This document shows, piece after piece, positions 54,732 through 64,000 of a DNA stretch of 64,000 nt (positions are counted from its first letter, which is position 1; the number at the start of each line of letters is the position of its first letter). The stretch covers positions 62,001 to 126,000 of the forward strand of contig MU053995.1 in the NCBI GenBank assembly GCA_013239625.1, read 5' to 3'. The position numbers and the translations under genes were made by a program. The notes beneath the pieces are model-generated. The model was not told the origin of the DNA and did no database searches. It saw only the letters and a list, made by a program, of their open reading frames with translations. Source of the stretch: Lama guanicoe (Eukaryota).

Positions 54732-55078
54732 TGTCACAGCAACCTGAATCCTGTCGAGACACCAAGTGACACTCTGAGAGTTGGACAACTCAGGTTTATT
54801 ATGCCAGTGGGCCAAGAGGAGTTAACACTCCAAGCTCTGGACCCTGTCTCTAGGTTTATACAGGCTTTTAAAGCATTTTAGGTGTCTATTAAGTTCATGC
54901 CATATGCAAATTAGGTGTTAGGAATGGACCAGTCAGGAATGAGATTTTGGGAACCAATGGAATTTCAGGGGTAAGTTTTGTTTTCCTAGAAACAAGACAT
55001 TTTACAGAAGCACAAATGCAGGAAGGCAATGGCCATGCCTGGGAGGTCTTGCTGGTCCTTTTGTGGGTTGCCCTTTCA
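54732..55078 (-). mobile_element. ERV 5' LTR (347 bp)
   Basis: TG...CA termini; direct repeat of 48551-48899; followed on the minus strand by the PBS. Confidence 0.93.
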
Positions 55079-58000
55079 GCCCCACATTTGATTACTTAAA
55101 TTCAAGAAGAAAATATTCATGAAAAGCAATGTAATAATGGTTAAGAGCTGGAGCTTAGACTGACTTGGACCCACCTTCACCATTGGCTGAGTTATTAACT
55201 TGTCCTCATCTGTAAATTAGAGACAGTAATTTAATCCACCTACAAAGTTTAATATGGGAACTAAACAAGGGACATTCTTAGCAAATGGGAAGTAATACTT
55301 AACAACTTTCTTAACCCCATCATATGAAAGATAGTAAATGTTTAAATGATGTAAGTAAATAAGATTCCAAAATGATTTGACAAGATAAGTTAGTAGGGAA
55401 TGAATAATCCTTATTAAGAAAGGTAAATATTTTAAGATGAAAGACATGTGGATTACAAAGAAGAAATCAGAAGATTATAAACAGCAAAATGGATGAAGTA
55501 AAGCAAATATAGAAAATGGTTATACATGGCAATTGTGTCCAGGATTTATATTCACTGATGAACACATTGATAAATTCTCTGTTGGTAGCAACAAAGCTTC
55601 CTTTTGAAGGATGTTGCAAAAATAAATTTTACGAACATTAGCTTGTTTGTGGGGAGGAGGCAGGGTCATGAGAGAGGTAGAAAGGAGAAAAAGTAAAGTG
55701 CACATCTCATTTCCTCTTTCAGTCTTTAATTTGTTTCTTTTATTTAATTACATACATTGGAGTTCATTTCCAAGTGTTTTGAAAATTCTTCATACAAGAT
55801 TATGGTGGATACCTGCTAATAATGTCATTAAAGGAAAAGTGGTACCCTCTGGTTTTACAGAATTTATCTCATTTTGTTGTTTCACTTTTTGAGAACAAGA
55901 GAGTAATATATTTGGCCTACATAATCAATGGAATACTTATATTTTGGTGTTAATTCCTCCCACATTGTAGATATCAACTTAGAGCCAATTTACCAAGGAT
56001 ATTTGTCCAGGGTTGGATGACTAGTTCATTGGACACAATATAGTTCTTTCTTTGTTTTCCCTGACTGCACATCCTAAGTCATAAAAATCTTAAAACATGG
56101 ATAATCTGTTGGAAATATATTCTATTGATTTAGGTCCACTTATCTATTTTAAAATTGTCACTTTTTAAAAAAGAAAGCAAAATTTCAATAAAAATCTTTT
56201 CCTGTAAACAACTATTCTACTTATTAATGAGCTGAATTTATAAAGGAAGAAAATGTACTGTTTTATCTTAATTAACTATCTTGTAATTTAGAAGCTATGA
56301 AATTTCCAGAACATTTACATTCTTGGTTTGCTTACTTTTTGACATCAATTATTTTTTTCTCTTCTCTATTTTAAAAATGGATCATTAAATATTTTCCTCA
56401 ATGGCACTACATCAAGGACAACTGCAATATTATGACCCTACAATACTGTTTTTTCTAACTTATGGGTTTTTTTTTTCAAATTATGTATGTTGAAATCTAT
56501 AAATGTGTATCTTTGGGTTATTGAAAGGGGATAAAAATTTGCATTTGTAATTATTTCTAAAAGATTTTCTCCAAATTGATGCCTAAATAAGCACCATTAT
56601 AATTTTTTTGCCCATTTTGTGTCTATTCCTTTGCTTGACTTGCAGTCCATCATATTTTGCAGTTTTATAATGCTTATGCTAGCAAATTCTACTCTTCTAA
56701 TTTGTGATTCTAATTTATAATATGGTAAAAAAAAAAAGGTTTAAAAAAAACCCCACATGCTCAAATTCTTTGGAAGTATGTGTGAACTTCCAGTGAACAG
56801 ACAACAAAAGTGGGGAACTGATCTGTAAGAAAATTGCAAGAATTTAAAAAATTGCAAGTTTTGTATTATGAGCTCCAGAAGATTTATGTTTTTGTTTTGT
56901 TTTGTTTTGTTTTAACCTTCTATAGAGTATGTGAAATCAGAGTAGGCTCAAATCCTGGATTCATTACTGGTTTAGTATCTAAACTTGCTATGCCTCAACT
57001 GTATCATCTATAAAGCAGAAACTTTAATAATAATACTTACCTGAATGGCTTGTTGTAAAGTTTTCAATGGAGTTTTTAATTTGAATAACTTTGCAAGATC
57101 TTTGGCACTAAGTAGTCAATGTTATTAACTCTATTCATTATAATTTTAGTTTTTATTATTTTTTATTAAAACTTGAGGTAGTATTTTAAAAGTTTCTAGA
57201 AGATGATGTGGATAATGTATACCTAAAAAACATCAAAGGACAGTGGGTAACTAATTCTTAGAAAAAGCAGTAGGAATAAAGAAAGTATTATTTAAGTACT
57301 ATGAAGGAAAATGGTATTGGGTCTTCCTTCTAAAATGAGCATATATAGAAAAAAAATTTGTGGCAGTGGGTTCAGACAGCAAGAATTAGGCATCTTTATA
57401 AACATGCTGAATTGTTGTCTAGAAATGTTTTGTTGTTTTATTCTTATTAATATGAATTTAGTAAATTTCCAATAGTTTACTGAAACTATTTTTATTGTAA
57501 ATAAATTTTTTTACTGTCATAGCAGTCATTTTCTTTTTGAGTAAAGAATTTTATTTTTATGAGTTTTATTTGCTTGATTTTCACCTGATACTTTCTATCA
57601 GCAGAGGTCTAACTTTTGTAAACTCAGACACAAGGAAGTTGTGCCTTCCTCTTATCAATGGGACAGAATAGCATCCTGGATATGGTTCTAGATGGGAACC
57701 ATGAGCCCACAGCTGTGTTTTTTTGTTGCCAAAGTGCTATCTTGGTGAATCACTTCTTCTTTGTTGGCCTGAGTTTCTCAATAGAGCAGGTGGGATTACT
57801 TTAGTATTCCCAGCTGTATTATAAGGAATCTGAGGGATTAAAGAAATGTTCTCAAAGTGAAAAAGTAAGGGAGATAGGATTACAGCAAATGTATTTATGA
57901 AATACTCTTAAGTTGCATTTTTTTTTCTATGCAAGGCTTCTTAGGTATCCCTTACTTATTGCTTAGGGTGACTATTTAATATGGGTCTAGCATACGTAAG

Positions 58001-58099
58001 TTTATCAAACTTATTTGATCCTGGAACAGTTTGAAAAGTGCAGAATTAAATAATTTTTTAGTACCTCCCATGCTAAGAAAATTTCTAATTCTATCTGTA

Positions 58100-58580
58100 C
58101 TTTGTCACTATTATAACACATTATTATTATAAACAGTGGCTAAAACAACATGCATTTATTATTTTTCTAGAGACTGGAAATCCAATGTGGGTTTTACTGG
58201 ATAAAAATTAAGACATCAGCAGGGCTGCACACTTTCTGGTGTTCGTAGTGGATAATCCATTTCTTGTTTCTTACAGTAGTTGTCCCATGTATTTCTCAGC
58301 TCATAGCCCCATGAGTCTATCTTTAAAGCCAGCAAAATTCCATCTCTGTAAACCTATAGTCACATTTCCTTTTTACTATGGAATATATTGGGGAAACTTC
58401 TACTGCTTTAAGGACACATGTAGTATCTAAACGGATAACACAGGATATTCTCCCCACCTAAATGTTGTTGATTCAATCACATTGACAATGTCCCTTTTTC
58501 TATGCAAGAAAACCTATTGTCAAGTTCCAGGAGTAAGGGCATGGACATCTTTGGCATATATTATTCTGCTAACCACATAA
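58100..58580 (-). mobile_element. MaLR (MLT1-type) solo LTR
   Basis: aaacagtggctaaaacaaca...catcagcagggctgca...agggcatggacatcttt. Confidence 0.7.
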
Positions 58581-59339
58581 TCTTTTCCAGTGGCTTCCTC
58601 CATTTCTCAACAGTAGAGGGTTTCTGGTAGTTCTGTGGAGCCAGAATGAAACTCGGGTAACTATTTTTCTTCTTATATGTACTGACTCTTAAAATTCTTG
58701 CAGTGTGGAATGATTTTCTTGCAAGAGTTATTGTTCTTCTAGTTTTTTCCTACCCAAAAAGGGCAATGAAATCCAATAGACTATTGAAATATTTCATGCA
58801 GCATTTTATTTTTAGATTCTCACCTGATATAGACAAGACTATCTTCCTTAAAACAAAGAATCTTGACTCTGAATTTTAGTTTATTTTTATATGGAAAGAT
58901 GTGATGCTGGATATCAACAAGTAGTTCTGAAATTAAAATATGAATTTAAATAAGTTAAAGAAACCTGTTTTCGCATTTTGGTGTAGACATTACCTGGCTC
59001 AATATTTTTTAAAAAGTGAACACTAGAAATCTTTTAAGTTTCAAATCAGTAATGATCAACACCTTATAAAAAGAAGCTGGGTGATTGTATCTCTAATCAC
59101 TTCTTGGCAAAATCTATTAAGGCCCATCTATTTTAAGGTAAACATGTGGATTTGCTCATTGTTAATGATACATCTATCTCAAATGAAAAGTATTAGGTAA
59201 AAATTAAACTTATATTAACTTACTTTTTAAATTTTTTGGTTGGAGGCATATAGCTTAAAGTGTTTGGAATGATATATAAAACAATAATAAGCTATAGTAA
59301 CTCCAGTCCTTGGTTAAAAAAAGAAAAAGAAAAGAAAAG

Positions 59340-59790
59340 AAAATATATGTTCACACAAAAACAGGTACAGGATTGTTTATAGCAACAGTTTTGATAATAG
59401 CCAAAGGTAAAAGCAAGAGGCTCATCAAAAGATCAACAAATAAGCAGAAATATGTTGTATATGCACAGCCTTTAAAAGGAATCATACTACAATATAGATA
59501 AACCTTTATTATGCCGTGCAAAAGAAACTAGTCACAAGAAGCCATATTCTACTCATATAAGATGTCCTGAATAGGAAAATCCATAGAGACAGGAAGGAGA
59601 TTAATGGTTGTCAGATGGTAGTGAAAGAGGAGAATAGGGAGTGATTGCTTACTGGAATTGAGTTTCCTGTTTCGGTGATGAAAAGTTCTAGGACTAGATA
59701 GTGAAGATGTACAACTCTAACATAAAAGAAACCACTGAACTGTACACTTTAAAATTGTGAATTTTCTAGTAGGTGAATTATTTTTTGAAC
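59340..59790 (+). mobile_element. Old L1 3' UTR (L1MB/MC-like)
   Basis: atgttcacacaaaaac...ccactgaactgtacactttaaaa. Confidence 0.8.
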
Positions 59791-59860
59791 TTAAGATATA
59801 TCTATTAATTATAACCCTCCAAGCCTATCATTATACTCCAGTTTTTAAAAGGTCAAGTTT

Positions 59861-62025
59861 TGGGGGATAAACATGATGGCAGAGTAAGAGGAAGTGGAGT
59901 TTACCTCCCTTAACAAAAACATGAAAAATACATCAACATGTGGAACAATCCTCACTGAAAACTAGCTAGAGAGTGGCAAAAAGACTCATATACAATTAAG
60001 GCTGTAAGAAAGGTCCATTTGCAGTTAGGTAGAAAAGGAAGAAGTGCTTGAGTTGGGACTTGTGCCCCTCAGGGAGTATTCAGAGGAAAAGGAATACAGG
60101 TGGAGACATATCCTGGAGAGTGAGCAGTGAGTGAACTGGCTCTGGAGTTCTAAGTGGAAGAGACAAGCCACCTTCACTGGTTGAAGGATGCTGGAAATAA
60201 TCAATGTCTAGTTTCCTGAGACCAAGTTGTTGTGTGGGCTAGCCCAAGCTAGTCAAATGCTGCATCCATTTAACTACATGCCACAGTGTAGCACTGCAAC
60301 TTGGGCACTACAAAAGGGGAGAAGACTTGACCATGGGACACAAAGGTGACCTGGTCCTGGAGCAGAACCTGGATGGTGCAATGAGTGTCATTGATAGTTA
60401 CTCAAACAGCACATCAGAAGCAGCCCAGAACTCTGATGGCAGCCACTATACCACAGCCTACCCCCCAATACACCCAAAGGGTTCATGCAGACCACAAATG
60501 CCCTGCACTAAGGCTCCACAACAGGGCAGGAGCAGCAGAGGTTGAAGCAGTGATTGGATGCTGGGGACAAAATGGACTTAAACCCAAGGCTGTGCTGTGC
60601 TATACTCTGCTGTGCTGAGCAGGGCAAAGAAAACAATTGTGGATGCCTGCACAGGCAGCACATCAGCTGGATGTCCATCATCTTAATAGAAGCAGAAAAA
60701 GCATTTGATAAAATTCAACATGCACTCATGATAAAAACTCTTACCAAAGTGAGAAGAAAGGGAACATATCTCAACATAGTAAAAGCTATTTATGACAAAC
60801 CTACAGCCACCATAGTACTCCACGGTGAAAAGCTGAAAGCCTTGCTGCTAAATCTGGAACAGGACAAGGGTGCCCACTCTTACCACTTCTGTTCAATATA
60901 GTAATGAAAGTCCTAGCCATAGAAATTAGAGAAGAAAAAGAAATAAAAGAGATCCAAATTGGAAAAGAAGAGGTAAAATTGTCATTATGTGCGGGTGACA
61001 TGATACTATATATAGAAAACCCTAAAGGCTCCGCACAAAAACTACTAGAGCTGATAAAACAATTTGGCAAGATAGCAGGTTACAAGATTAACATATAGGA
61101 ATTCTGTGGCATTTCTTTACACTAACAATGAAACATCAGAAAAGAAAAGTAAAGAAACAATCCCTTTTAAAATTACATCCTAAAAATTAAAATACTTAAG
61201 AATAAATCTGACCAAGGAAGTGAAAGACTTTTATGTGGAGACCTACTAAACATTCACTAAGGAAATTAAAAATGACTTAAAGAAATGGAAAGATACCCTA
61301 TGTACTTGAATTGGAAGAATTGATATTGTTGAAATGACTACACTACCCAAAGCAATCTACAGATTCAATGCCATCCTTATCAAATTACTTAGGACAGTTT
61401 TCACAGAATTAGAACAAATAATCCTAAAATTTATATGGAATCACAAAAGTCCCGAAATTGTGAAAATATTAGTGAAGAAAAAGAATGAGGATGGAGGAAT
61501 AGCCTACCCAGACTTCAAACAATACTACAGAACTACAGTAATCAAGATAACATGGTATTTATACAAAAACAGACATTTGAATCAATGGAACAGAAGACAC
61601 ACCCAAAAATAAATCCACAAATTTTTGGTCAATTAAGCTTTCACAAAGGAGGCAACAACATACAATGGAAGAAAGACAGTCTCTTCAGCAAATGGTGTTG
61701 GGAAAACTGGACAGCTGCATGTAAATCAACATAGTTAAAATACTCGCTCACACGATAGACAAACAAAAAATCTCAAAATGGCTTAAAGAGTTAAACATAA
61801 GACAAGACACTAAACCTCTTAGAAGAAAACATGGGGAAAACATTATACGATTTAAATCTCAGCAGTGTTATCCTAAGGCAATCTACCTTAGAAATATAAA
61901 TAAAAGCAAAAACAAACATATGGGACCTAATTAAACTCATAAGCTTTTACACAGCAAAGGAAACCATAAGCAAAAGAAGAGCACAACCTATGGAATGGGA
62001 GAAAATATTTGCCAAAGATGAAACA
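59861..62025 (+). mobile_element. LINE-1: 5' UTR joined directly to ORF2 RT/C-terminal part
   Basis: 5' UTR-like 59861 to about 60672, then [39 protein letters not shown]. Confidence 0.88.
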
Positions 62026-62616
62026 TTTACATAATAGATTATTTTGTATCCATTTTGCATGACAATTACAAGAGATTTTTACTGGCATGAAATTTTTGTG
62101 GCACAATATTAATCAACCTTCACATATACATATATATTACAAGGCTTATATACTATATAAACATGTATACACTTATAGTTGATCTCAATTATGTTATGGA
62201 CATAGATTCATGAAGACCAGTCTGAAAACAAATAAACCAAAGTATCAAGTAATTACAAGATATTTTCTAAAATGCTTTTATTTTTAATATTTTTCTTCAT
62301 TTTCTAGGTTTTCCTTACTAAGTATATGTTTTAATTAAGATCAGATAAATGTGAAATATCTATTTTAACACTATTTACATGACCTTAAACTAGCTATAAA
62401 ATGTTATCTACATAATTATTCAAAATAATAAAGTTTTCATTATTCATTTCTTTTTATTTTATTAATTCATTAATTTCATTATTTGGTTTTCAATAAATTA
62501 CCTTAAGCAAAATTCAAACTTATATAAACTCATTTCTGAATACTTTTTCTTTCCCCTTCAACCTACTACAGTTTGAGTCCCCAAAACTAAAGGCAAAATC
62601 TCAAAAATTTTTTGAT

Positions 62617-63000
62617 GGTTTGTACCTTTTATACCCCTCTCCCAATTTGCCCCTTCCTTGCCATCTCCAACTGGTAACCACTAGTTTGTTTTGTATATCT
62701 GTAAGTCTGTTTCTGTTTTGTAACATTCATTTGTTTTATATTTTTAGATTCCACATATAAGTGTCTTTCTCTGACTTACTTCTCTAAGCATAATACCCTC
62801 TAGGTCCATCCATGTTGTTGCAAATGGCTATGTACAAAACAGATAAGCAACAAGGACATGTTATACAGCACAAATAATATAGCCAATACTTTATAATAAA
62901 TTCAAATGGACTAAATTTAAAGAAACATTGAATCATTGAGTGGCACATCTGAAACTAATATTGTAAATCAACTATTATTAAAAGAAAGAAAGAAAGAAAA
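62617..63000 (+). mobile_element. 5'-inverted short L1 3' UTR insertion
   Basis: Antisense L1 3' UTR 62617-62828 joined to the sense terminal segment 62829-63000 with an A-rich tail. Confidence 0.75.
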
Positions 63001-63884
63001 GTTTTCATAGAATTAGTACCAAATGCTTTAAATTAAAATGTCTGGATATGTCTATATTATATAAAACAAAACAAAATTAACCCATAAATATTGTATTGAA
63101 ATTATAAAAGTAGAGATTCAGAGAATTTCTATCCATCAAATGATAATACAGAATAATTGTATGACACTGATTATTGGCAGAATACATTACACAAAATGGC
63201 ATAACATTCTTCTTATATACTATAATTAGAGCTTTGCTGTCTCTAGAATAAATAATTTTGATTAAGTTTCTCTGGAATCATTGATCACCCCCCAAATTTA
63301 GGGAGTGATCATTTACACCTACAAGATACCTTGTATCTTGAGCTCTAAGCTGCATTTTTGCAACTAAATTTTGATATAATTCAAGAATAGTTTCCCTAAT
63401 TAGCAATGTGTTTATATTTATGATGACTTCATAAAAGACAAGCCATCTTTTGAGAAAAGTATTCCTTAGTTGGCTAAAACAATATGAAATGTTAATATTA
63501 CTTTGTTGGTTCCAACAGAAGGAAATAGAGAACACAGCAACCCATAAAAAAAGCAAATGAAAATAATTTTTAGCTTGATGTAGCTGAGAAAATTATATTT
63601 TTTCATATTATTTAAAGTGACTGATATCAAGTCTTCTAATATTTCTTTTCTGTCAAGATAAAAGACGTTTTCAAAATAAATATATTTTACATGTTTGTTT
63701 TTTTAATGTTTAATAGTCACATAAGAGACAGTAAGTAACATTCAATGTTCAATAACAGGATTCGCATGAAGAAAGATTATAAAATAATGTTTCTAAAGCC
63801 TTTCCCTGTGCAGAATAGCAGAATATTTTTCCATAAATTATCTCATTGAACCTGTCCACCTGCTGTATATAAATATTTATATAT

Positions 63885-64000
63885 AAATATTTTTTATTGA
63901 AGTATAGTCAGTTTACAATGTTGTGTCAATTTTGTGGTATACAGCACAATACTTCAGTCATTTAGGAATATACATATATTCGTTCATATTCTTTTTCACC
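63885..64000 (-). mobile_element. L1 3' end running off the window
   Basis: Near-identical to 16387-16500 (atatttttttattgaagtatagtcagtttacaatgttgtgtcaa). Confidence 0.88.

Larger units (their letters stand above)
48551..55078 (-). mobile_element. Class I (gamma-like, HERV-E/ERV3-like gag) endogenous retrovirus, two-LTR provirus, internally deleted and non-coding
   Basis: Paired LTRs; 4-bp TSD GCCC (48547-48550 and 55079-55082); PBS; PPT; gag, pro, pol and env remnants. Confidence 0.95.

Overview
Mammalian, probably cetartiodactyl, genomic DNA. A camelid origin is only an inference, from the amelogenin sequence, the L1 tail type and the absence of recognisable BovB, Bov-tA or PRE1 SINEs. The window holds one complete gene on the minus strand: amelogenin. 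Exons 1-7 run from about 47477 to about 40340 with canonical splice sites and an open CDS of 191 aa (205 aa with exon 4). Substitutions at normally invariant residues and the very high L1/ERV density suggest the Y copy (AMELY) rather than AMELX. About 1.07 kb upstream of the inferred TSS, in the same orientation, is a two-LTR class I (gamma-like) ERV at 48551-55078. It has a 4-bp TSD (GCCC), a tRNA-Gln-like PBS and a PPT. Its pol and env each carry a large in-frame deletion, and it contains a 57-aa doubly hydrophobic ORF in frame with the env TM remnant. The rest is mostly LINE-1, including a three-level nest at about 15-34.5 kb, plus LTR/MaLR, MIR, L2 and MER fragments. I see no clearly novel biological system; the ERV in the amelogenin promoter and its mini-env arrangement are the best leads.
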